A stretch of 64,000 nucleotides of DNA from the human T2T-CHM13v2.0 reference genome, Homo sapiens, in the NCBI RefSeq assembly GCF_009914755.1, contig NC_060930.1, one strand, 5' to 3'. Numbering within the stretch: the stretch's first letter is position 1; each line of letters begins with the position of its first letter. The translations under genes and the position numbers were made by a program. Shown piece after piece: positions 52,691-64,000 of the stretch. The notes below the pieces were generated by a model that saw only the letters and a list, made by a program, of their open reading frames with translations, was not told the origin of the DNA and made no database searches.

Positions 52691-52947
52691 GCGTGATACA
52701 GGGCTGTGCAGGACCAAGGCTGCTCAGGTGATAGACAGTGGCTCCGGGGGTGCTGCTCCCTCAGGTGCACTGTGAACCAGGCAGGAGTGGGGGACCCCAC
52801 ACCCCTCTCCAGCAGGAGGGGCCAGGCGTCTGGTCACTTGCTGTCATCCCTCCTCATTTTAAATCTCAGTAACACTTATTGTGACCAAATGCCCTTGTCT
52901 CTTTTATTTGTTTCTTGTTCATTAGCCCAGAAGTGGTGGCAGAGCAG

Positions 52948-53170
52948 CTGTGGTTTATCTAAGACAGGGTGAGCCACGGAGCGGCCCACTCCTCTCCTGC
53001 AGGGGGTCTCTCCAGTCACCACCGTGGTTTATCTAAGACAGGGTGAGCCACGGAGCAGCCCGCTCCTCTCCTGCAGGGGGTCTGTCCAGTCACCACTGTG
53101 GTTTATCTAAGACAGGGTGAGCCACGGAGCGGCCCTGCTCCTCTCCTGCAGGGGTGTCTCCAGCCACCAC
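52948..53170. repeat. 74-bp tandem repeat, 3 copies
   Basis: GTGGTTTATCTAAGACAGGGTGAGCCACGGAGC at 52950, 53024 and 53098. Confidence 0.95.
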
Positions 53171-55645
53171 AAACACTGGCGTGATTTCACGTCTCTTGGG
53201 GCACTTGCTCCTGTCCTGGTGAGGAGCATCTAACTAGCAAGCCCAGGTCAGCTGTGAGTTCCTGCTTTCCGCAAGAGGTACACAGGCACCGCCCATCTAG
53301 ACCACACCCTCCCGTGTACTCCCCAGAGAGAATGGGAAGGAGGAGAATGGTGCGTGTCTGCTTCTGAGCTCACTGTAGGGAGCAAGAGCTCGTGAGGGCC
53401 AGAAACGGAATGAGAGGGAGGCTCCCCAGCACCCCAGAGGCCTCGTCGCGTGAGTGGACAGGTTTTGGCTCACCCAACACAGAGCATAGTTAGAAACGTC
53501 TCGAGTCTCTGTTAGTGGGACCCACAAATGCCAACAGTGGAATCCCTTTCCTGGGCTTTCCCAGGGACTAGAAGCCATTTTCAGAAGGCAGGAAGCATCA
53601 CGTGTCAGGCAAGTTACGTTTGTGTGGTGGTGAATCTCCTCTGCCACCTCGAAAGCAGGTGCCACCCATGGAGATGGAACAGGCAGTGTCAGGGACAGCT
53701 CAGCAGCCCCCGTGGTGTTGCCACAGCCGCCCAGGAGAGAGAGGATGGTGCCGTGAGCCCTCCGGGTGTCCACCTGCGAGGACAGGACCCTCCCCACGGG
53801 GGCAGCCTCTCCCCCCACAAGCTCATCATCTGCCAAGGTTGTGCAAACTCGCTGCCCGGTCTCCTGCCTCCTAGGCTGAGCAGGGTCTACAATCCTTGAC
53901 CCATCGTGCTGAATGAGCCTCGGAATCTGGGCTGCGCTGTCTGTTGTACACACGGCCGAGGTTGCACTAGGGGGAGTCTCCATGCCCCGCAGGTCCCAGG
54001 CTGGGCTCCCCTGGCCTCAATCCCATCGGTCGCACTTGGCTCCTTATTCTACTGCCACGGAGAAGGAAGCTTGAGAACTGGGCTCCCTTGTCCAGGGCGA
54101 TAGCGAAAAGCGGCACCAGGGGCTCAGGCAGGGTCAGAGGGTCCCTGGGCTTGCTCCTCCTCTCCTCCCGGTGGGGTCAGAGGGTCCCTGGGCTCGGACA
54201 GGGTCAGATGGTCCCTGGGCTCACTCCTCCTCTCCTCCCAGGCTGGGTGCTTGGGGTGGGCAATGTCACAGAGGGTGAGGCCCAGCTGTGGGGCAGCCCC
54301 AGGATATAGAGACTCCGCCAGCTTCCAGTGTCACTCCCGTCCCCCGCTCAGAGTCCTCAGCCCCCGGCCCAGCCCTGTCCTGTCCACGTCCCTCCTACAG
54401 AGGTTGGGGGATGGGGAGGGCGTGCTCAAGGCCGCTGTGTGCTCCTGTGGGGGCTGCAGCCGGGACTGCACATCAATCATCCTTCACTCAGCGCCTCATG
54501 CTGATGGAAATGTGAATTAATTCATTTGAAATTAATGAAGAAGCGAGAGCTGTGATCTACACCAGCTTCTAGGCACTGCATCTACACAGATCTTTCTTCC
54601 AGCCAGCTCCAAAAATAACCACGCTGAATACAACCGGGCCTTTCAGAGAAGACCTCGGAGGCATCTTCTGCAGCTTCAAAGAGTCCCGGCACTAATTGTA
54701 AAAGCGGAACAGATGCCTCGTGGGCTGCCGACTGATGCCTTTGACAGTGGCACACAAGTGACACCGAGCTCAGCACAAGACACACAGAGGGGTGCCTTGC
54801 ACTGAAGATGCGAGCACCACCTTGCAGTTTGATGTTGATGGTCTATGTGGAGTTTCTGAAAGCCTTGTCAACATCATTGACTCCGTGTTGGGAAATACCT
54901 TTCCTCTGAAGGGTAAGCCAGTGGCAAGCATTTCATCATTTGGTGTACACATGAGAAACAGGCAAAGCAAGTCCATACTCAGAGCTGGAAACTCAAGGGG
55001 TTGCACATGGAGACCAAGCCTCCCAACAGCAGTGCCTCATTTTCAGAGCAGCAGGCACAACGCTGCATCCCTGAGTTTCCTCTTCAAGTCACGTGAACAC
55101 AACCGTTGCTCTTATTTATGAACCAGGAACACAGGTGTCAGGGAGGGTCAATGCACGGTCAATTGGCTGCACACGGTCCTGTCCAGCCCAGCAGGTCGAG
55201 CCCTGGGGCCGCACCTCTCCACCCCCTCTGTGTGTGCTCACTTCCGTGCCTCTTTGTCATCCACGGGTGGGGAGGGAAGGCGGTCTCATGGGAAATGACG
55301 CTCTGCCACTGCAAAGCCTGGTCAACCCTTGCTCAGCCGTTCCAAAGCTTCCTCTTAGGAGCAAGAGCTCCCTAACCATCCCCTGCCGAGCCGGAGCTGT
55401 GTCCTGGGGCTTGAATCCCGGCTTCCATTCCTCTAGGCCTTCTGGGGTTCAGAAGTCACTTTTCTTCCTTAGCAAAGCCTGACTTGCAATATCATTGTTT
55501 CTCTGTAAGTTTTAAAATCCTACTTTGGAAGTTTCAAGGAATGCCTCAGGCTAGGTTGCAGCTGGTACTAAGGGAAGTTTGAAAAGGAAAAGCACATTCA
55601 TCTCTCTGAGAAACACCTCCCTATGCTGGGAAATGTGAAAGCAGG

Positions 55646-55980
55646 TGGGACACCAGTCATCTTAGTACATCACATTGTCACTGCCGCGAACGTGTGGGAC
55701 ACCCATCATCTTACCACATCACATCGTCACTGCCGCGAACGTGTGGGACACCCATCATCTTACCACATCACATCGTCACTGCCACGAACGTGTGGGACAC
55801 CCATCATCTTACCACATCACATCGTCACTGCCGCGAACGTGTGGGACACCCATCATCTTACCACATCACATCGTCACTGCCGCGAACGTGTGGGACACCC
55901 ATCATCTTACCACATCACATCGTCACTGCCGCGAACGTGTGGGACACCCATCATCTTACCACATCACATCGTCACTGCGT
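55646..55980. repeat. 49-bp CpG-rich minisatellite, ~7 copies
   Basis: Unit GTGGGACACCCATCATCTTACCACATCACATCGTCACTGCCGCGAACGT. Confidence 0.97.
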
Positions 55981-56713
55981 GAATGTTTTTCTGAATACAT
56001 CACACATTTGGCTCCATAAAATCTGTTTTCTAATCTACTTTTTAACTTAGTATGTTGGCCTCAACTTTGCACTTTATTTTTCTTCGTGACTGTGTGGTGC
56101 TCTCCTCTCTGGAGGTGCCTTCACTGAGGCTGCATTGAAGGGCTGTGTGGGCCAGCGAGTGCTGTGGTCGGGGTGTGGACGTCAGTGTGCCCAGGCCTGA
56201 GCCAACCCACAGGGAGTACAGGGCACATTCATGGGCAGCACTCCATCGCATCTAGCAGGGCTTTCTGTGTGCCTGTGCATTTAAGATCAATACTTTCTCA
56301 GCGTTGATTTTCTCTTCTCTACATGAAAACACTATGAGACTCTCATTTGACTGCAAATCCTAAGTGCTCAGAAAGTTCCAGAATGTGTCTTCCCTGGCAT
56401 TCCCCTAGAAACAAGGCCCAGTACTTCAATGCCCTACATAGAACTCCCTCTGATTTGTACACTCTTCAATGACAGGTGCTCACGGTCCAGGCAGGAGGTT
56501 TATCCATGGATGGTGTGACATTGGGAATGAGGAGGGCAGAGGTGGCAAGGACTGCACGTGTGTCCAGCCCAGAGGGTCAGAAAGCCTTGCCTGGTGCAGT
56601 GGAATGAATTGCTCCTCATACCACCCATATGCTGAAGTCCTAGCCCCTGAAACCTGTGAATCTGTTCTTATTTGTAAATATGGTCATTGCAATTACAATT
56701 AAGATGCAAATTA

Positions 56714-57027
<314 letters not shown>

Positions 57028-57208
57028 TCACAGTGGGGTAGGTGGTCCTTAGTGCAATATGATAGTGTCCATATAATAAGAGGACAGACCTGAGAGGGGA
57101 GCACTGTGGGACACACAGAGGGAGAACAGCCAGGTCCTGATGGGGGCAGAGACTGCAGGCCCTGTCTCCATAGAAGCCAGAAATGCCACGAAGAGCCAGA
57201 GACCACCA

Positions 57209-57577
57209 TGTCTCAGACTGCTCAGGTGGCTCTGAGAATAGACTCTGTGGCCGATCAGCAGCAGACATTCACCCGCCACTGTTCCGGAGGCTGGCAGTCC
57301 AAGGTCCGGGCGGGAGGCTGGCAGTCCAAGGTCAGGGCAGGTTCAGTGTGTGGTGAGCGCTGCTTCCTAGTGTCATCTTCCCGCAGTGCCCTTACGTGGT
57401 GGAAGGGGTGAGGAGCCCTCTGGGCCTCCTGTAGGACATTACATAAGGGCACTCACCCTGCCCATGAGGCTCCACCCTCAAGAAACCAGCCCCTCCCAAA
57501 GGCCCCCCTAATGCCGTCACCTTGGGGAGGGGAGGACTTCGGTAATTTGGAGGGACACAAACTCTCAGCATATGGTA
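57209..57577 (-). mobile_element. MLT1A-like MaLR LTR
   Basis: GGAGGCTGGCAGTCCAAGGTC (duplicated, 27-bp period), ATAAGGGCACT...CATGAGGCTCCACCCTCA...CTCCCAAAGGCCCC...GGACACAAAC. Confidence 0.65.
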
Positions 57578-58080
57578 CCCCAGAAGATGAGAGAGAGAGA
57601 AAGCCCTGCCGCCACCTGGGTTCTGAACTTCTAGCTCCAGCGCCGCGGGCAATGAGTCTCTTGCTTGAAGCCCCAGGTCATGTCCGAGGCAGCAGCCGAG
57701 GACACAGCTGGGAACACACAAGTTCTGAAGGACAGACAGGCCCATGCAGTCCCGGGAGTGGGGGCTCCTGCAAGGCTGCGGTGAGGGGCCCTCCAGGGCT
57801 CTGCAGGTGCTGGTAGAGGTGCACATAGCGTGCGTGGAGAGAGGAACCCATAGATGCTTGCTAGACCCTTGGCTACTCACGTCGATTGGCTATGGCCTGA
57901 TGCTTGGTTTGGGGTTTGGAAATGGGTCACTGAAGATACACCTGCAAGCCTGCATGAAGGAGAGAGCAGGTGCCAGATGAACAAGTCACCACGGAGGCCC
58001 ACCAGCTCACCCAGCCGCTCGGCCATCCCATATCCCGATGGTGCCAGTGGTGTGCATGTAGACACCTGAGCAGCAAGCCG

Positions 58081-58414
58081 GAGCACGGAAGGTAGGAGCG
58101 TGTGCCGGGTGCAGGGTGCTGCATGCTCACCCGAGGGGCACGGCTCTGAGCATGGAAGGTAGGAGCGTGTGCCGGGTGCAGGGTGCTCCATGATCACCCG
58201 AGGGGCACGGCTCTGAGCATGGAAGGTAGGAGCGTGTGCCGGGTGCAGGGTGCTGCATGCTCACCCGAGGGGCACGGCTCTGAGCATGGAAGGTAGGAGC
58301 GTGTGCCGGGTGCAGGGTGCTGCATGCTCACCCGAGGGGCACGGCTCTGAGCATGGAAGGTAGGAGCGTGTGCCGGGTGCAGGGTGCTGCATGCTCACCC
58401 GAGGGGCACGGCTG
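58081..58414. repeat. 67-bp minisatellite, 5 copies
   Basis: GAGCAYGGAAGGTAGGAGCGTGTGCCGGGTGCAGGG at 58081, 58148, 58215, 58282 and 58349. Confidence 0.97.
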
Positions 58415-59217
58415 GGGAGAGCCAGGGTGAGGTCTAGATTCATGCAGATGTGGCCAGCCCTGCTTCCTCACAGAGCCACAGCCTCCCAGACAGGCACCTT
58501 CAGCACCTTCCATTCCGGCTCATGCTCCTCCTTCTCCCTCTGGTCCTGCCCAACTCATTCTCTGTATGTTTCTGCCTTTGACTCACATTCCTTGAGGCAC
58601 AATTCCGAGGCTTCCTGGATGACAGTCACCATGAACTCCATCTCCCCTACCAGCTGTTTCCTCCCCCATGCTCCCACTCTGGCCACCAACTTGCCCAACC
58701 CACTGCCTGTGGCTATGCCTTTGTAGAGAAGAGGAGGGGCTGGCTTGGATGGAAGGGCATCTCCCGTCCCCGTGGGTCCTGGAATGCTCATGTGCATGTC
58801 TGGGCCCTCAAAATGAGCCTGAAAATGGACCCATGATCTTCCTGCTAAACATTCCCATTCCCCTTCCCTATTTCAGGAGGCAGCAACTCCATCCTTCCAA
58901 ACATGCAGGACAAAGTTTTGGAGTCCTCTTTGAGTTGCCGCTTCACACCCCATCACGAGTCTCATGGGCTTTGCTCACCTGCAAAACATACCCTAACTTA
59001 GGCCACTTGCCCTACCTCCATCGCAAACGCCCTCATCGACACTATCACCACCTTGTGCTTGGACTGGTGCAGTGGCCTCCCAACCAGTATCCATTTTTCA
59101 TTCTTCACCCACAAATGGGTGCCTTCATCACCCACAAATGGGGAACTCATTACAACGGGGAACTCGATGTACCTTTTCCTAATTTGCAAGAATTTTCAAA
59201 GTCTTTAGATAAATGAC

Positions 59218-59616
59218 TGTTATGGGTTGAACTGTGTCTGCCCCCAAAAAGCATATGTTGGCGTCCTAACCCCCAGTATCTCGGAATGTGACTCTATTTG
59301 AAAATAGGGCTGCTACAGTGGTGATTATGTTAGAGAGTGATTATTAGGGTGGCCCTAAACCAATATGACTGGTGTTCTCATAAGAAGGAGCAATCTGGAC
59401 ATAGAGACAGACAGACACAGAGGGGAAGACGGCTGTCTGCAGGCTACGGAGAGAGGCCTGGAGCACACCCTTCCCCTGCTCCTTCAGAGAACCCACAGCC
59501 CTGCGGCATCTTGATCTCGGACGTTGGACCTCCAGGCCTGGGAGACGACAAATTCCTGCTGTTTAGGTCACCCAGGCTGTGGTTCTTAATTATGGCAGCC
59601 CTCGAAAACTTATACA
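59218..59616 (+). mobile_element. MLT1B-like MaLR solo LTR
   Basis: TGTTATGGGTTGAACTGTGTC...TATGGCAGCCCTCGAAAACTTATACA, with TG/CA termini. Confidence 0.85.
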
Positions 59617-60644
59617 AAGATAGTACATTTTAACTTAACAAAAAAATGATGCACCTCAAATAAGGAGTATGCCCACGGAACTAACGCTGCCGGCAACCCC
59701 AGCACCTGATCGTGTTCATAACGACAGTGACCATTTATGGAGCACGTCCTCTAACTCTGCTAGTGCAGACACCTCGGCATTATCGCATCCCTCCGCGGGC
59801 CAGGTAATGACACCCCCAATCCACACCGAGCAGGCCAGACCGCCAGGAGCCAGGAGGTCGTCTGGATTCATGCAGCGCGTCAGCCTAAAACCGGGATCCA
59901 CCCAAGCTGCCCCGCTCAGGATTAACCACGCAAGACGCCGCTGCCTGGGACTGGCATGGGAAATGTTTCCTTCCGTGACTGGAAAACTCTGTTCCTTTAT
60001 AAAAATGGTATGAAAACTTGATAGGAAAATTGGGCAAAAAGCACTTCCCCTCAGTGATTAAAAGAATAAAGTTCTGACGGCCTCTTGTGCTCGCATTTTT
60101 ATATGGCTGGAGCCTCCTATAACCGCTATTCCCCAATCTTCTCTAATCTCGATCTCCTATTCTCTATTCAGCCTTTGTACTCTGCTATGTTACACATTTT
60201 TATAGTATTTGCCATCTTACAAAATCCCTTTCTTGTTGAGATATCCAAAACGATTATCCTAATGTCTGCACTATATTCCAAGCTACAACAACCCAGAATT
60301 TGGTGAGTCTTCTTCTACAGATCCGCAAGCTGGGCCCATTTTCCGGGATCCCACACAACGCTGCTGTCAGCATCTTTGCTTGTGTGGGAACTGAAGCCAA
60401 GAGCTCACACTGATGAGGCAGAGGACAAAAGTGCCCGACTCTGGGGACCTTCAGCACAGCCTGAGCTCGGAACGGTCAGCTCCTCCCTTGAACTGACTCA
60501 TTGCCTGGTGTCTGGGTCTGTCCTTGCTGTGTGCTTCAACCCGGGGCACAAGAATGAGAGGGTGACCCCAGACCTGAGCACGAGCACGCTGTGCGTCGAG
60601 CACCTAAGTCCACACAGTGCTTGGCCTCTGTCTTCTCACCTCCC

Positions 60645-63600
60645 TTTTCTTTCTTTTTTTATTTCTTAAATCAACTAAAATTTATTTAATTAAGCATAAA
60701 GTTACTTACACATTTGCCTACAGCCACAGTAAATACAGTTCTTGGCATAAAGACAAGGCCTTTAGAATTTAAAGCCTCCCCACCTGCAAGATTACATATA
60801 TAAAACTCCTACTATTTTTATATAATAGTGGACTAGTTAATCAAATTAAAATAGTTATACTATCTAGAATAAAATAAAATGGAAACAATTTATTCATAAG
60901 ATTCATATTTAAATCATCCTTATTTACAAAATACTATCCTAAGAATTATAATTCCATTAAGTTTCAATATGAGCAAAAGTGTAATCACTTGAGTAACAGC
61001 AGTTACTTAAACTGAAAATGAGATCAGTGAAAATGACTTTTGAAGAGAGCAAAAATATTGTCAGGTTTCTTGCTGTGGTTCTGATGTTCCGTAGCAGGCT
61101 CATCTGAAGGCGGACTCAGCCCTGAAGGGAACTCACTTCAACCCTCAGAATGTGGGGGCGGGGGGAAAAATCCAGGTCTTGGGGGAGGGTAAGGAGGAAA
61201 ACCCCTCGGTGGATAGACGTTTCTCATTGCAAACGGAGCATGTGGTGGACCTGGGAAATCCCCTGGTGGAAAATAATCTCGAGAAGCTCCCAACATGGTT
61301 CCTAGAGGAGGTGGGGGGAAAGGAGGTGCTCTTCTCATGAACGGGCCCCTTGTATCCACTGGAAACAGTGGACCTCTGATTGGAGCAAGAGGTGGAGGAA
61401 CAAAGCCAGGGCCAGCTGCTTCATTTTCAGCGGGGAGAGATGAATCAGGCACATTTAAATTACCAAGATCATCTTTGGTGTCATTTCTACTGGATTCCAT
61501 TTCTGAAGGCATTGACCCATCCATTTTATCCAAAGAAGGCATATTAAAACTTCTGAGTTCTGCTGGTCCAGACAGTCTACCAGAGTTAGAGTAAAATCTG
61601 TCTTGCCTTTGTGGAGGAAGAGCTGAATCAGGATATGATGGTCCTGGTGGAGGAAACATCATCCTATGGTCCTGTTCCCATGGAGGTGACAGGGACCCAG
61701 TGTCAGAAGGAGCCCTGTGAGGATCGGTTAACCTATCACAGCTTGATTCTCCTCTTTCCTTGGTAATCTGATGGTCCGGAGGATTCCCTGGGCCTCTTGA
61801 GCCTCTTCCTTCTCCCCCTGGAGGCGAAGGTGAGAGTCTGAGTGGACCCTTCCACAGAGTTGGAGGATAGAGAAAAGCTCTCGTTTCAGATGAAGGCCGA
61901 CCCAGTGGTGAGGGACCATATGGGGAATGCTCTCTGCCAAATGCAGTATTTGGAACATCAAGTGCATACGGATCTTTTTTTAGAAGTTTTATTTTATACT
62001 CTGTTTCAGCTAATTTTTGTCTGTTGTGAGCATTTTCTTTCCTTAAATCGTCGAGGTTTCTTTCAGCAGCCCAAGCTGCCAACCAGTTATGATGTGCCTT
62101 TTTCTCATGGGAAATAATCTTCCTTTGATAAAAATGAATATTTCTGTCAAATTTGTCAAGATCTTTGGCTCGCTGTCTGTAGGTCTCCAGCTCTTTAGTG
62201 GCATGGCTGCTCATTTAGTCTACTTTAGAAAGTTTCTCTTCTTTCTCTAACCGGCTATTTTCCTCTACTATTAATTTCCTGTAGAGTTTCATTTCATTTT
62301 CTTTATATAATTCAGTCATTACTTTAAGTTTCTGTTGAAGCTTCTGATTCTCACTTTCAAAATGTGTGTTTTCTAACTGCAAAGATGCTTGTTCAGTCTG
62401 AAGATTTTTAATATGCTCTGTAAGCTCTTCCTTTGTTTTATCAACTTCAGATAACTGAATATAAATTTGGTTTCTTTCTCCTTCTAAGGTTTCAAAGAAG
62501 CATTTAACTTAGCGGCAGGAATCAGCTTCTTCAAAGCTCCTTTGGAGGGATCATCTGAGTGAGCACCATCTTCCGATTCACTGTTCACTTCTAAGTTACC
62601 ATCATCCGTTGTGTCTTCTCCAAGCCTCGCAGCCCAATCTTTCATCTTTAGCAAACGTTCGGTCAGAGTCTCGATGCGATTTTCTTTATCACTTAGAACT
62701 TGTTCTGTGTGTACTTTGGAGTCTTCAAATGTTCTTTTCTGTTTATTAAGTTCACTCACTTCTTCTTTCCATACTTCAGCTTCTTGCAAAAGCTGTTTCT
62801 GGTTTTCCTGAAGTTGAGAATTTTCATTCAAAGCATCTTCTATTGTTATCTTCAGTTGTTCTCCGTTCATGTGAAATGTCTTGAAAGTCATTTTGCCTTT
62901 AGCTATTTGTGATTTGAGGGATTTTGACGCATCTTCCAGCAACTGTATCCTTTTGGAAATATCTGCTATCAGTTCATCTCTTTCAGAATGTTTAGATTTC
63001 TCTTCTTTTAACTCTTTTTCTAGACAGAGTATTTCATGCTCAAGCTCAGAATTTGACCTGTTCAGCTTTTCACAGGTTGCCTGCAAACTTTGTGCTTCTG
63101 CTGCCGCCTTCTCAAAGCTGGCATCCTCTAACGATGACGCTACTTCATAGCCTTCATACGCTTTTTGAACGAGGCTAAATTTTTCAAGTAGTTTACATTT
63201 TTCTTCAATTAGTCCAGAAAGCGCTACAGCAAGTTTTTTCTCTCTTCCCACATAAAGCCGACTCCTAACAGATCTAAAACTTCTCCACAAAAAAAAGGGA
63301 ACAGCAAAAAATCCAACAGCAGCTGCATGTATCACCAATTCCCATGGAAAACCGTAAGGATGAGAATCCGGTCTCATACCGTCAGGCAGTGCTGCCACAA
63401 CCCTGCGTCGCAACTCCAGGATCAGCCCCAAGCACGGCTGAGGGGTAGCCCTAGGGTCCTCCGTAGCGCCAAGGCTGCTCTGGCGGTTGCTGCAGTAACC
63501 CCAGCCACAACAAGTCGTGGACAACACGCAGCATTCCATCTGGAACCCAGATCCCCACCGGGCAAGCGGAGCGAACCACTGCGGAGCCAGCTGCGGGGGG

Positions 63601-63690
63601 AGTGGGGGAACGTGGGCACCCACAGGCCTCACAGGCCCACGTTGCCCACCCCGGCCCCCTTGTTACGCTTTACATCCTGAGGCAGCACTA
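60645..63690 (-). pseudogene. CTAGE13P: Processed (intronless) pseudogene/retrocopy of CTAGE5/MIA2 (cTAGE family). The specific paralog is inferred, probably CTAGE13P
   Basis: Minus-strand ORFs 62484..63632 and 61138..62214 translate to cTAGE5 sequence ([19 protein letters not shown] region, coiled coils [22 protein letters not shown], Pro-rich tail [22 protein letters not shown]), with no introns. Lesions: parental ATG is ACG (63464-63462); 1-bp deletion frameshift ~62491 (SLKP*); GAA>TAA at 62217-62215; AGA>TGA at 61140-61138. The parental stop position is ~61061. AATAAA at 60686-60681 and a degraded poly(A) at ~60645-60660. Family call is secure; the 5' boundary and paralog number are not verified. 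Confidence 0.9.
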
Positions 63691-63739
63691 AAACCTATAT
63701 TTTCAAACAATACCACAGGCAAAGAAAGACTCAGGTGAC

Positions 63740-63922
63740 ACAGCGTCCCAGCTATGCCCACCCCCAAGCTGACACCCTAGCTAAATGTAGCCTTGTGCAT
63801 GAGCCCAGGTGAGGCCAGCAGAAGAACCTCCCAGCTGACAGAATGATAAAGAATAACAAATCACCATTTTAAGGCACTAAGCTTTGGGGTCATTTGTTAT
63901 GCAGCAGTAGCTAACTGAAACA
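63740..63922 (+). mobile_element. MLT1 (F/G/H-like) LTR 3' fragment
   Basis: CAGCAGAAGAACCTCCCAGCTGA...TTTTAAGGCACTAAGCTTTGGGG...TTGTTATGCAGCAGTAGCTAACTGAAACA. Confidence 0.75.
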
Positions 63923-64000
63923 CCTGCCCCCTTATCACTTTGGTGTTTCAGTATCTGTGGTCTGAAATCATTAATTTGGGTGCTTGGCCTTTCTCCCTTG

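Noticed and set aside
53297-53983. 228-aa ORF (and the 231-aa ORF at 47921-48616)
   Set aside because: No recognisable homology; this length is expected in GC-rich DNA.
60600-63740. TSD around the CTAGE retrocopy
   Set aside because: No convincing duplicated flank found by eye, so the 5' boundary remains approximate.

Overview
Human genomic DNA: a full-length AluYb8, a human-specific subfamily, is present. The window is gene-poor and distal/subtelomeric in character. About 12 kb (~19%) is tandem repeat, with roughly 18 distinct minisatellites or low-complexity tracts, including a ~5.8 kb 27/28-bp VNTR. The rest is mostly interspersed repeats (Alu, L1, L2, MLT1/MLT2/ERVL, ERV1 LTRs, hAT-Charlie/MER5). 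The only protein-homologous feature is an intronless, minus-strand retrocopy of CTAGE5/MIA2 at ~60.6-63.7 kb. It carries a lost start codon, a frameshift and nonsense lesions. The setting suggests 6q27 (CTAGE13P, near DACT2), but that placement is from memory and unverified. I see no intact protein-coding gene, tRNA, rRNA or CRISPR array. The most interesting signals are: (1) VNTRs whose units carry strong transcription-factor motifs (STAT+RBPJ x7, MTF1-MRE+HSE-like x13, extended MRE x5, E-box+GATA x~210); (2) a template-switch scar combining a 58-bp inverted duplication with an Alu fold-back hairpin; (3) a local templated copy of a Charlie segment; (4) an atypical internal L1 insertion; (5) the CTAGE retrocopy splitting into two ~350-aa domain-sized ORFs. 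Repeat subfamily names come from recalled consensus sequences and need RepeatMasker/Dfam confirmation. All functional proposals are hypotheses.
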